Positions 25,456-34,371 of a stretch of 64,000 bases of DNA are shown here, in pieces (position 1 is the first letter of the stretch; each line of letters starts with the position of its first letter). The position numbers were made by a program, and so were the translations under genes. The DNA lies in NCBI GenBank assembly GCA_040380025.1, contig JBEIJY010000003.1, forward strand, positions 51,130-115,129. The letters run 5' to 3'. A model generated the notes under the pieces. That model was not told where the DNA came from and did no database searches. It saw only the letters and a program-made list of their open reading frames with translations. The DNA is from Bdellovibrionales bacterium (GTDB taxonomy: Bacteria; Bdellovibrionota; UBA1018; CAIMNF01).

Positions 25456-28406
25456 AGAAGGGCTCCCGGTTCGATCGAAAAGAACAGAACCGAGGTTCCC
25501 CCGAAATCACGACGGGTTCCTTGCTGGAATTCCAGATTGAATCGCAGCGGCAGCCAATACAGGACTTCGGTATCGAGGCTGAGTCCCGCACCGAACGAGG
25601 GGAGCACCACACTCGTGCCGCCGATGCCCTGCAGTCCGAGCGCCTCCGAGAACACGAAGCCGTGAATCTGCTTCCAGAACACCGGACGGGTGCCGCCGAG
25701 CCCTGAGAACTCGCGAATCAGGGGGAAGTGAAAATCCAGAGCGGCAATTCCGAATTGTCGCGGCAGAAGCACCGAGGAAGGATAATCGGTGTATCCACGA
25801 AACACCGTCTGGCTCAGGGTGACGGACTCGCCGCGATCGTAGGGGTTTTCGACATCCTTGCCGACCAGATCGGTGGCGGTGAGGCCCGACTCGGGTATGC
25901 GACTCGTTCCGAACCACTGGGTTTTCGAGCGCAGGACAAAGTGGTTGCCGAGGTCGAAGTAATGCTTCCAGGATGCCAGGTATTTTGCGATCGAATACCG
26001 CCCGGGATTGAACCGGTTGTCGCCGATGAGCGAGATCTCCTCGCCCATCTCGGGCATGAACCCGAGCGGCGTGCGTCGCGCGTTCGAGAAGCGGATCGCT
26101 CCTCGCACCCCCGGAACCGAAGGATTCGAGAACTGGAAGTCCGGGACATCGACCGCCTCTCCGTTCGAGAGTTTGCGTACCTTGCTCCAGCGTTGATACG
26201 CGGTGAGCGAGGGAACGAGAGAACTCCGGACCCAGAACAAGGGGTAAGACAGGGTGAGCGCCACCTCGTGGTTTCTGCGATAGCGTTGTCCGAAAAAATC
26301 GGTGGCGATGTTTGTGGTCTCGGACCACGCGCTCAGGTCGATCTTCGGCCGGAACTCATAAATCGAGTACTCGACTCCGCCGTCGAAGGTCTTCGGAAGA
26401 AAATTGTAGCCCCCTGAAACCTGATACTGCTGCTTGCCGGTCGAGTCGAAGCCGAATGCCGAACCGGCGATGGTGGTGCCCGATTTCGAGCCGAACGAAA
26501 GAGCGGCAATCGGCGACCACGCCCGCGGAGCCATGCTCGACCAAGGCGAGTAGTCCTTGGAATCGGACTCCTTCAGCCCGAGTGAGGGCGACTGAAGCGC
26601 CTCTTCTAGGACGGGCGGGGCTTGCGGGCTTGCCAGAACGGGTTTGAGCGTGGGCAGCACCTCGGCGGATTCGAACTTCACGATCTGGTAGCCGTCCGGG
26701 GTGAGGAGATTCGCATGGAGCTGACCGGACGGAGAAAAAAACGGGAACGCCGTGCCGGTCACGACATTGGTCACGCGCGTGCTTTTTCTGTCCCGGAGCT
26801 CGTGGATGTTCTCGATGCCGGTTTCGTTTGATACAAAAAAAATACGGTCATTTCGCGCAACCGGGTTCCGGTTCATGAACCCGTTCTGCAAAAGAATCCG
26901 CGATTCTCCCGTGGATACATCGACCGATTGCACGACCGATTCTCCCGTGCCGAGCTCCTGATTCGAAAACAGAAGGACTCGATCATTCTGGAACTGCGGA
27001 GCCGAGAGGATCGAGAAGGGCTTCGACACCAGCACCGGATGAATCTCCGACAAGGCCGGGCCTTCTTTGCCGAGGGCAAGCGCCGCGGACTCGATCCGAA
27101 CGGTACCTCGCTGGACCGAGAGCCATGCGAGTTGTTTTCCGTCGGGAGAAATCGCAGGGTCCTTCGCCCGGCGGGCCTCGGTGAGCTGGATCGTCCGGTC
27201 TTCTTGCAGGTCGTAGGCGAAGAGGTCGGAATACAGCTGATACGAGTTCTCGCGCACAAGCGCGCTGTAGATCACATAGCGAGAATCGGGGGTGAAGGCG
27301 AGGCCGGCTCCGAGAACCTTCTCGTCGAGGCGCCTTTTCTTTCCTGTGGCAAGCTCCACCGCAATCAGACGGGCGCGATCATGAAGGGAGGTCTCGGAAT
27401 AGGCGAGCCACCTGCCATCGGGCGAGAACACTCCGCCGAGCGCCTGAAAGTCGCTTCGGGCGACGACCTCATGCCCGGTCTCGCCTTCCGCCCGCACGCG
27501 TTCGATCTCTTCTCCGAGGCGTTCTTTCGCCTCCATCGCAAAGGAGTTCCAGTACACGCTCCAGTTCTTGTGCATCACATTGTCGAGATTTCCCTCGATG
27601 AAATAAGGGACACGGGCCGAGGAGCGCATCGAGAGTTCTCCCATCGCGTCCTCGGGGTTCGCATGAGTGGCCCGATCGCGCGAGAACTGCTCCCAAAGGT
27701 GATACCCGAAAAGGTACGGGACTTCCCCGCCCGGAAACCACGGGTAATCGCCATTTACGCGATCAAGCGTGATGGAACGGGGGGCTCCGGTCTGGAGTCG
27801 ATTCCCGGCGACCATCGCTCGAAGAATCCCCTCGTAGTAGGGACTCCGTCCGCGTCCGAGGCGGGAGGTCCGGGTCTCGAAATACACCGCGAGTCCTTCG
27901 AGCATCCAAGGCGGCAGGAGCCCGTTCGGTCGTACGGCATCGCCGAACACGATGCGAAGCCCCTCCATCCATTCTGTGGTGGGGTCGATGTTCAAAAAAT
28001 GCACATATTCATGGAACACGAGGAGCTTGATCCAGTCCTCGGCGTACGAGGTCGAAAACCACGTTTCAGGCGGCGTTGCGATCAGCACCATTCCCACCCG
28101 GAACAGCGGCATGGCAAAGCCGTTTGCCGCATCCATGTTGTCGGCGATCAGCACCGTGGTTTTTTGGCGTGGGGTCCAGCGCAGCACCGGCTGGAGGATC
28201 GAATGGGCGTGCTCGAAGTGGTTCGCGGCATTTTCGGTGAATTCAAAATAGCCATCGGCATAGACGAAGCGAAAGTTCTTCGTTTCGAAGGTTTTGTAGG
28301 CGGTCTCGGGCGAGAGGCCCGCGACCTCGAGGTACGAAACCGGTGGCGGCGTCGCGCACCCGCCGAGAAAGAGCAGACTTGCCAGAAGCGTCTTCGCGAG
28401 CCGCAT
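25452..28406 (-). CDS. Large lipoprotein: HExxH metallopeptidase-like N-domain, TolB-like beta-propeller repeats, C-terminal beta-rich domain
   Basis: Lipobox LFLGGC. HEYVHF motif. Repeated SPDGxxLAY/W TolB-like blades. Long beta-strand-rich C-terminus. Confidence 0.6.
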   Translation of the reverse strand: MRLAKTLLASLLFLGGCATPPPVSYLEVAGLSPETAYKTFETKNFRFVYADGYFEFTENAANHFEHAHSILQPVLRWTPRQKTTVLIADNMDAANGFAMPLFRVGMVLIATPPETWFSTSYAEDWIKLLVFHEYVHFLNIDPTTEWMEGLRIVFGDAVRPNGLLPPWMLEGLAVYFETRTSRLGRGRSPYYEGILRAMVAGNRLQTGAPRSITLDRVNGDYPWFPGGEVPYLFGYHLWEQFSRDRATHANPEDAMGELSMRSSARVPYFIEGNLDNVMHKNWSVYWNSFAMEAKERLGEEIERVRAEGETGHEVVARSDFQALGGVFSPDGRWLAYSETSLHDRARLIAVELATGKKRRLDEKVLGAGLAFTPDSRYVIYSALVRENSYQLYSDLFAYDLQEDRTIQLTEARRAKDPAISPDGKQLAWLSVQRGTVRIESAALALGKEGPALSEIHPVLVSKPFSILSAPQFQNDRVLLFSNQELGTGESVVQSVDVSTGESRILLQNGFMNRNPVARNDRIFFVSNETGIENIHELRDRKSTRVTNVVTGTAFPFFSPSGQLHANLLTPDGYQIVKFESAEVLPTLKPVLASPQAPPVLEEALQSPSLGLKESDSKDYSPWSSMAPRAWSPIAALSFGSKSGTTIAGSAFGFDSTGKQQYQVSGGYNFLPKTFDGGVEYSIYEFRPKIDLSAWSETTNIATDFFGQRYRRNHEVALTLSYPLFWVRSSLVPSLTAYQRWSKVRKLSNGEAVDVPDFQFSNPSVPGVRGAIRFSNARRTPLGFMPEMGEEISLIGDNRFNPGRYSIAKYLASWKHYFDLGNHFVLRSKTQWFGTSRIPESGLTATDLVGKDVENPYDRGESVTLSQTVFRGYTDYPSSVLLPRQFGIAALDFHFPLIREFSGLGGTRPVFWKQIHGFVFSEALGLQGIGGTSVVLPSFGAGLSLDTEVLYWLPLRFNLEFQQGTRRDFGGTSVLFFSIEPGALL

Positions 28407-28408
28407 CC

Positions 28409-29062
28409 TCACGGGGCCGCCCGGATCAGCTTCCACTCGCAGTCAGCCGAGCGAAAGCGGGTTCCGGGCCTCAGGTGCGTGCGGCGGATCACCGCCAATG
28501 CCTGAGCGCCCGATCGGGACGTGAGCACGCCGACCTCTTGCGACTCGGCAGAAAAAACCGGACAGGGCAGAGTCCCGGCAAACGATTTGTCGGTGCGCAG
28601 AAGGCAGAGTTTGCGGGCGGGAGATCCTAGCGAGATGATTTTCTCGATCACCTCCTGCCCCGGATAACAGCCCTTCTGGTCGGCAATCGCAGAGCGCAGA
28701 TTCACCTCGAGAGGATTGGTTCTGCCATCCGCATGGAACTCGAATCCTTCGCGCGGGGTGAGTGCAAGAATGCGCGCTTCCTCGTTTTCGGCTTTTTCTT
28801 CGCCCGCAGGGAGCGGTGTCAATTCGTAGCGCTCATCGAAGGTGTAGTGATCCATGAGCGAAAGAAAGGCCTCTTGGAAGGCGATCTCGGCGGAATCGCC
28901 GTCCGTTCGCGTGATCTCGAAGAAACAGAGGATTTTTCCCTCCGGATTCAAAATGAGGCCCGGAGCGGGGACTCCTGTGGCAAGAGCATGGATGTCGACT
29001 GAACTGATTCGATGGAGGAGATCCAGGCCGGCCCGGCCTTTCAGCAAAACCCTTTGTCTCAT
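28409..29062 (-). CDS. ygfZ: YgfZ/GcvT-like folate-binding protein
   Basis: KGCYPGQE signature of the YgfZ family. Confidence 0.7.
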   Translation of the reverse strand: MRQRVLLKGRAGLDLLHRISSVDIHALATGVPAPGLILNPEGKILCFFEITRTDGDSAEIAFQEAFLSLMDHYTFDERYELTPLPAGEEKAENEEARILALTPREGFEFHADGRTNPLEVNLRSAIADQKGCYPGQEVIEKIISLGSPARKLCLLRTDKSFAGTLPCPVFSAESQEVGVLTSRSGAQALAVIRRTHLRPGTRFRSADCEWKLIRAAP

Positions 29063-29093
29063 GATGAGGGGTAGAGTACATTACTTCCCTGCT

Positions 29094-30092
29094 ATGAAAT
29101 ACCCAAAATCTCAGTTCTCCAAAGGGATTCGCGATCAGGACCGGATCTCCAGCCCGTTCCTCGTCAAATACAGCGCGGTTGCGACCGGAAAGACCGGCAA
29201 ACCCTACATGAACGTGGTTTTGACCGACAAAACGGGCGATGTCGAGGCGCGCATCTTCGACCAAGTGCCCCGGTATTCCTCGCAGGCCGTGAAGGACACC
29301 TTCGTGCAAGTCGAGGGTGTGGCCCAGACCTTCAACGGACGGATCCAGATTCACATCAAAGATCTCACCGTGCTCCGCGAAGACGAGGTTCAGGTCGAGG
29401 AATATCTTGCGGAGTCTTTTTTGAATGCCGACAAGCTGTATGAAGAGGTGAAGGCGATCCTCGCTTCGATGAAGGATCCGTATTACCGCGCGCTCCTCGA
29501 GTCGATCTTCATCGATGATGCCGACATCGTCGCGCGGGTGAAGCGCGCTCCCGCAGCAAAGAGTTTTCATCATGCGTATCCGGTCGGATTGCTCGAACAC
29601 GTGGTCTCGATCGCAAAAATCCTCGAATTTCTCGCGGCCCACTATGGTCCGCAGGTCGATCGCGATCTCTTGTTCGTGGGGGGATTCTTGCACGATCTCG
29701 CGAAGATCTGGGAGCTTCAGTACGACAAGGTCGTCGATTACACCATGGAGGGGCGTCTGCTCGGCCATCTCGTCATGGGTTCCGAGCTGATCGAAAAGAA
29801 GGTGCAACAGCTCGAAGCCGAAGAAGGGCGCTTGCCCGGTCCGTTCCCGGTCGAAAAGAAGCTTCTCGCGAAACACATGGTCGTCGCCCACCATGGCAAG
29901 CTCGAGTTCGGATCGCCGAAGGAGCCGGCTTGTCTGGAGGCGCTTCTGGTGCACATGATCGACGACCTCGATTCGAAAGTGAATTCCATCCGGACCTTCA
30001 TCGAGCAGGATTCCGCGCCGGGCTCGTGGACCCTGCTGCACCGGCAATATGAGCGCTATTTTTACAAGCCTGAGTGGGCGCGGAAATCATGA
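29094..30092 (+). CDS. YhaM-like OB-fold plus HD-domain 3'-5' exoribonuclease
   Basis: N-terminal OB-fold, then HD motif region (HHAYPVGLLEHV...HDLAK). Start at MKYPKSQ. Confidence 0.6.
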   Translation: MKYPKSQFSKGIRDQDRISSPFLVKYSAVATGKTGKPYMNVVLTDKTGDVEARIFDQVPRYSSQAVKDTFVQVEGVAQTFNGRIQIHIKDLTVLREDEVQVEEYLAESFLNADKLYEEVKAILASMKDPYYRALLESIFIDDADIVARVKRAPAAKSFHHAYPVGLLEHVVSIAKILEFLAAHYGPQVDRDLLFVGGFLHDLAKIWELQYDKVVDYTMEGRLLGHLVMGSELIEKKVQQLEAEEGRLPGPFPVEKKLLAKHMVVAHHGKLEFGSPKEPACLEALLVHMIDDLDSKVNSIRTFIEQDSAPGSWTLLHRQYERYFYKPEWARKS

Positions 30093-30781
30093 TCGAACCC
30101 GCTCTGGAGCGGAATCCCGTGTTGAGGGCGATCTGCGACCGGGTGAGGCGAATTCCTCCGGTTGATGCGGGCCATGACTTCGGGCATGTGCTTCGGGTGG
30201 CAAATCAGGCCGTCGCGATTTTGAGCTTTGAGACCCTCGAAGCCGAATCCAGGCCCGCTACTGCGGCCGAGATCGACGCCGTGCTTGCGGCGGCCCTTCT
30301 TCATGATTGTGTGCCGGTTCCCAAAAACTCCCCGCTCCGAAAAGAAAGCGCCCGCCTTTGCAGCGAAAAAGCCCGCGAATGGCTCTTGGAGCTGGGCTGG
30401 ACACCCGCAGAATGGATCGATCCCATCGCACAGGCGATTTTGGACCACAGCTACTCCGCGGGACGGACTCCAGAAACCCCGATCGGAAAAGCCCTGCAAG
30501 ATGCCGACCGCCTGGAGGCTTTGGGGGCGCTCGGTCTTTATCGCACGATCGCTACCGGTGTTTCGATGGGGGCGCTGTTGTTTGATCCCGAGGATCCCTG
30601 GTCGGAGCGACGCGAGCTCGACGACCGGCGGTTCACGGTGGATCATTTTTTCACCAAGCTGTTGAAGCTTCCCGCGACCTTCCAGACCCGCGCCGCGCGG
30701 GAAGAGGCCGAAAAACGCGCCCAGTTTCTTCGGGAGTTCCTCTCGGAACTCCGCCGGGAGCTCCTAAATTGCCCCCTTTGA
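30089..30781 (+). CDS. HD-domain phosphohydrolase
   Basis: GHDFGHVLRV...LLHD HD motifs. 4-nt overlap with the upstream gene. Confidence 0.65.
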   Translation: MIEPALERNPVLRAICDRVRRIPPVDAGHDFGHVLRVANQAVAILSFETLEAESRPATAAEIDAVLAAALLHDCVPVPKNSPLRKESARLCSEKAREWLLELGWTPAEWIDPIAQAILDHSYSAGRTPETPIGKALQDADRLEALGALGLYRTIATGVSMGALLFDPEDPWSERRELDDRRFTVDHFFTKLLKLPATFQTRAAREEAEKRAQFLREFLSELRRELLNCPL

Positions 30782-30805
30782 TTGCACCTGATGAAGGAAC
30801 AGGAT

Positions 30806-30926
30806 GGGGAGAGGGGGCCGGAATGATTCGATTTTTGCCGACTCTCGCGAGCGCGTGACGCGCGAAAGCGAGGCCGCACGACGCGGCTCGGAGGTAAAAA
30901 CCGAATCATTCCGGCCTCCTCTCCCC
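30806..30926 (+). ncRNA. Candidate structured RNA / cis-regulatory element, copy 1 (long outer stem enclosing a conserved 59-nt hairpin core)
   Basis: 25-bp outer stem GGGGAGAGGGGGCCGGAATGATTCG / CGAATCATTCCGGCCTCCTCTCCCC (one G-U). Core GCCGACTCTCGCGAGCGCGTGACGCGCGAAAGCGAGGCCGCACGACGCGGCTCGGAGG matches the copy at 63760-63904 at 57 of 59 positions, while the outer stems differ yet stay complementary. Confidence 0.45.
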
Positions 30927-31101
30927 GTCCCGTTCCCGAAAAAAGAGCACTCATTGGGTACAGTTCGGGAGCTCCCGCCGAGAGTTCAAACACTCTTTAC
31001 GATGCCTCAAGCCCAGATCAAATTTACGAACGGTCGGTAATTTTTCTTCAGCGCACTGCGCGAATCGTCTATAAGTGCGCGCTAAGGATTTACCCGCATC
31101 A

Positions 31102-33246
31102 ATGATCAACACCCTTTTTTTTGAGCAAAAACTCAACACCGAATGCCGTCCGGTCCGCGACCGGTTCTTTTTGGAAGTCCACTGGACCACCTTCCGGGTT
31201 GTCCTGGCCTATGCCGCATTGAACGCGGCAGGGCAGGCGTGGTTCACCTTTGCATCCCTGCTCCTCGGAATCCTCGTCCTGACTCCGCTCACGCTTGCTT
31301 TGTATCGACGCGGGCTCACGAGGCTCGCGCGCATGAGCTTCGTGCTCGGCTTTTGCTACTATGTCTTTGCCGCTTCGTTCGGTCATGGCCATCAAGGGTC
31401 ATTCGATTACTACTGTTTGCCCGGAGTGGTGGTGGCGTTTGTGTTGTTCGAACCCGGTCGTTGGCGGTGGCTCGTGCCGGGAATTTTGCTTCCGGTTCTG
31501 ACTTGGCTTGCGATTCATCAACGGTATGTTCCCGTTTTTTTGGGGGGAGGCGATGTCATCCGGCCCGGAGACGCCGATTTCGAGTTGATCAATTTTTTTG
31601 GTGCGTATCTGATGCTGGCGATCTTTGTGTACAACCTGATCCAGGCGAACCTGAGGCGCCATCGCGATCTTCGTCGTGCGAAGGGACGGATCGAGAAGTT
31701 CTTCACGCTCTCGCCGGATCTCATGTGCATTCTCGACTCGCAATCGCGGCTGATCCGGGTGAATCCGAGCTTCAGGACGATTCTGGGCTATGATGCGGGC
31801 GAGACGATCGGAAGAAAAGCGAGCGATCTCGTGCATCCCGAGGATGCGGGAGATCTGCAGGCCGAGATGGAACGGCTTTCGAGCGGGTACCGCGAATGCC
31901 GGATCCGCGCGCGGTTCCGCCACAAGAGCGGGGAGTACCGGACCCTGAGTTGGACGGCGCATGTGAACCCGGGCGAGCGCGAAGTGTTCGCCACAGGACG
32001 GGACATCACCCCGCTCATCCGGCACGAGCAGGAAATCCGCGAGCGGAAGCAGTTCCTCGAGGCCATTCTGGAACATCTTCCTCTTACGGTCATGGTCAAG
32101 GACTGTCGAGATGGCTTTCGCTTCAACCTCATGAACCGCGCAGGAGAATCACTGCTCGGGATGCCGGCGGGGAAGGTCATCGGAAAAACCCTGTTCGATC
32201 TCGCTCCGGCCGAGACAGCAGCCCATCATCGAGCGATCGACGAGCGGGTTCTCAGCGAAAAGAAGGAGTTCCGCGTCGAACGCGAGGATTTCACTCTTCC
32301 CGGAGGCACGAAGAAAAGCATCTCGATCAGCAAGGTGCCCACCTTCGACGAGAATGGCGATCCGCACCTGATCATCACCATCGTGAACGACATTACGGGA
32401 GAAATCGCCATGCAGGACGCGCTCGACCGCGAGCGCACGAAGAGCATCCAGAGCGCGAAGATGGCCACTCTGGGCGAGATGTCGGCCGGGATCGCGCACG
32501 AGATCAACAACCCTCTTGCGATCCTCTCGGGCGCGGTGCAGACGCTGGCGCGGTACCTCGATGATCCCGAAAAAATCGAATCCAGGCTCTTTGCCATGAA
32601 GACCGCGATCGACCGGATCAGCCGGATCGTCTCCGGGCTCCGCAAGTTCTCTCGAAGCGCCGATCACTCGCGAAAGGAAATTCACGATTTGCGCAAGATT
32701 CTGCGCGAGGTGCTGATTCTCGTGCAGAACCGCTCTGCGGAGTTCGCGGTGCCGGTCACGATCGAGGCCGCGACCGATGCCTTCGTTTCGTGCAACGAAA
32801 TCGAGATGCAGCAGATCTTCATCAATCTCATCAATAACGGAATTGATGCCGTCCGCGACCGCGACGAGCGCTGGGTGCGGATCCGTCTCTTCCGCAAGAA
32901 GGGACGCGTGGTGGTGCAGATCCGCGACTCCGGAAATGGAATCGATCCGGCCTGTGCCGAAAAGCTTTTTCAGCCCTTCTTCACCACCAAGCCCGTGGGA
33001 GAGGGCACCGGGCTCGGGCTCTCGATCGTGAAAGGGATTCTCGACGAGCACCATGCCTCGATCGAGCTCCTCGAAAACGACCGGAACACCTGTTTTGAGC
33101 TCGTGTTCGAAGAGGCCGAAGCCGCTCGGCGCGGACGACGGGTTCCTACTCGAGTTCTCCGAGGTTCCGAAATGCCGCAGATCGTGCGAAGTCCCCGGGA
33201 GAAAGTCCGGGCATTCCATCCGGCGGGGTACCGCGGAAGTGCCTGA
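31102..33246 (+). CDS. Membrane-anchored PAS-domain sensor histidine kinase
   Basis: N-terminal TM region and PAS repeats. H-box HEINNPLAIL. HATPase G-boxes GNGIDP and GTGLGLSIV. Confidence 0.85.
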   Translation: MINTLFFEQKLNTECRPVRDRFFLEVHWTTFRVVLAYAALNAAGQAWFTFASLLLGILVLTPLTLALYRRGLTRLARMSFVLGFCYYVFAASFGHGHQGSFDYYCLPGVVVAFVLFEPGRWRWLVPGILLPVLTWLAIHQRYVPVFLGGGDVIRPGDADFELINFFGAYLMLAIFVYNLIQANLRRHRDLRRAKGRIEKFFTLSPDLMCILDSQSRLIRVNPSFRTILGYDAGETIGRKASDLVHPEDAGDLQAEMERLSSGYRECRIRARFRHKSGEYRTLSWTAHVNPGEREVFATGRDITPLIRHEQEIRERKQFLEAILEHLPLTVMVKDCRDGFRFNLMNRAGESLLGMPAGKVIGKTLFDLAPAETAAHHRAIDERVLSEKKEFRVEREDFTLPGGTKKSISISKVPTFDENGDPHLIITIVNDITGEIAMQDALDRERTKSIQSAKMATLGEMSAGIAHEINNPLAILSGAVQTLARYLDDPEKIESRLFAMKTAIDRISRIVSGLRKFSRSADHSRKEIHDLRKILREVLILVQNRSAEFAVPVTIEAATDAFVSCNEIEMQQIFINLINNGIDAVRDRDERWVRIRLFRKKGRVVVQIRDSGNGIDPACAEKLFQPFFTTKPVGEGTGLGLSIVKGILDEHHASIELLENDRNTCFELVFEEAEAARRGRRVPTRVLRGSEMPQIVRSPREKVRAFHPAGYRGSA

Positions 33247-33802
33247 TCCATTCTTCGCGACGGACCCGGAAGTGCATGGGCTTCGGGGAAACCGGAACCG
33301 GCAGAAACGGATTCAGGAATTTTGCGACAAACTCGGAGCAATACAGCTTTTCGCCGGAGCCGTCGAAGTTGTCCCAGAGGTAATCGGAGTCATAGCTCAG
33401 GCCCTCGAATGAGGATCGAAAGGATCGGGAGAGTGCCCCCGGATCGAGGTTCAGATCACCGGAGTCGCTGGCACGGGGTCGCAGGATCACCGGTCGGCTT
33501 CCGCGCCGGGCGAGCTTCAAGAAGGCATCGAGCGGAGTGCTTGCGACTTTGCGGAAGGAATCCAGAACGCGGATTCCGGCAGGATCCTCGAGAATCACGC
33601 CGATGTGGGAGTAAGGGGAGTCGTCCTCGTCTTCGATGAGGGCGCAGAGGCGGCACGGAAGCGAGATCAGGATCACATCACCCGAGCGCAGGTCCGATCG
33701 GGGGATGGCTTGGGCCCCGGGTGCGAGAAGTGCCAGAAGCAGACCGATCAGGAGGGGGAAACTGCGGGAACGGGGGCTTTTGTGGGATTCAACCGGATTC
33801 AT
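33146..33802 (-). CDS. Secreted permuted papain-like amidase (YiiX/YaeF, C92 family)
   Basis: Signal peptide plus GDVILISLPCRLCALIED...YSHIGVI motif. Start at MNPVESHK. 3' end overlaps the histidine-kinase 3' end by about 100 nt. Confidence 0.55.
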   Translation of the reverse strand: MNPVESHKSPRSRSFPLLIGLLLALLAPGAQAIPRSDLRSGDVILISLPCRLCALIEDEDDSPYSHIGVILEDPAGIRVLDSFRKVASTPLDAFLKLARRGSRPVILRPRASDSGDLNLDPGALSRSFRSSFEGLSYDSDYLWDNFDGSGEKLYCSEFVAKFLNPFLPVPVSPKPMHFRVRREEWIRHFRGTPPDGMPGLSPGDFARSAAFRNLGELE

Positions 33803-33869
33803 TTTCTCTCCTACAGTTGACTTTATTGCACAGATTTTGTATAAAACCCCGATTCTGGAAAGGAACCGT

Positions 33870-34367
33870 ATGCCTTCATTCGATATTACCTCGGACGTCG
33901 ATTGGCAAGAAGTCGACAACGCTGTGAACACATCCCTGAAAGAACTCGCCACGCGCTTTGACTTCAAAGGCGTGAAGAGCGAGATCGCCTTCGACCGCAA
34001 GGCGAAGACCATCACGCTCATCTGCTCCGAAGAGGGCAAGCTCGACAACCTGAAGGACATCGTCCAGACCAAGCTGATCAAGCGCGGGATTTCGCTGTTG
34101 TCCCTCGAGTACAAGCCGGTCGAGGCCGCCTTCGGGGGCTCTGTGCGCCAGGTGATCAATGTCACGGCCGGGATCTCGAAAGACAAGGGCAAGGAAGTGA
34201 TCGCGCACATCAAGGATTCGAAGATCAAGGTCCAGGGCCAGATCCAGGACGAGAAAGTCCGGGTCACCGGCAAGAACCGCGATGATCTGCAAGAGTGCAT
34301 CACCCTGCTTCGCGGAAGCCAGGACAAGTTGAAGCTCCCCATGCAGTTCGGAAATTTCAGGGATTAG
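33870..34367 (+). CDS. yajQ: YajQ-family (UPF0234) nucleotide/c-di-GMP-binding protein
   Basis: MPSFDITSDVDWQEVDNAVN N-terminus typical of YajQ. Confidence 0.8.
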   Translation: MPSFDITSDVDWQEVDNAVNTSLKELATRFDFKGVKSEIAFDRKAKTITLICSEEGKLDNLKDIVQTKLIKRGISLLSLEYKPVEAAFGGSVRQVINVTAGISKDKGKEVIAHIKDSKIKVQGQIQDEKVRVTGKNRDDLQECITLLRGSQDKLKLPMQFGNFRD

Positions 34368-34371
34368 TTTT

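Noticed and set aside
31053-31085. GCGCACT...AGTGCGC hairpin between structured element copy 1 and the histidine-kinase start
   Set aside because: Short 7-bp stem not conserved at the second copy of the element. Could be part of the histidine-kinase leader, but there is no supporting evidence.
33146-34342. Full-length 398-aa minus-strand ORF spanning the yajQ region
   Set aside because: Only its C-terminal 218 aa (from MNPVESHK at 33802) looks protein-like (signal peptide plus YiiX-type motif). The N-terminal part is antisense to yajQ, so the gene was trimmed to 33146..33802.
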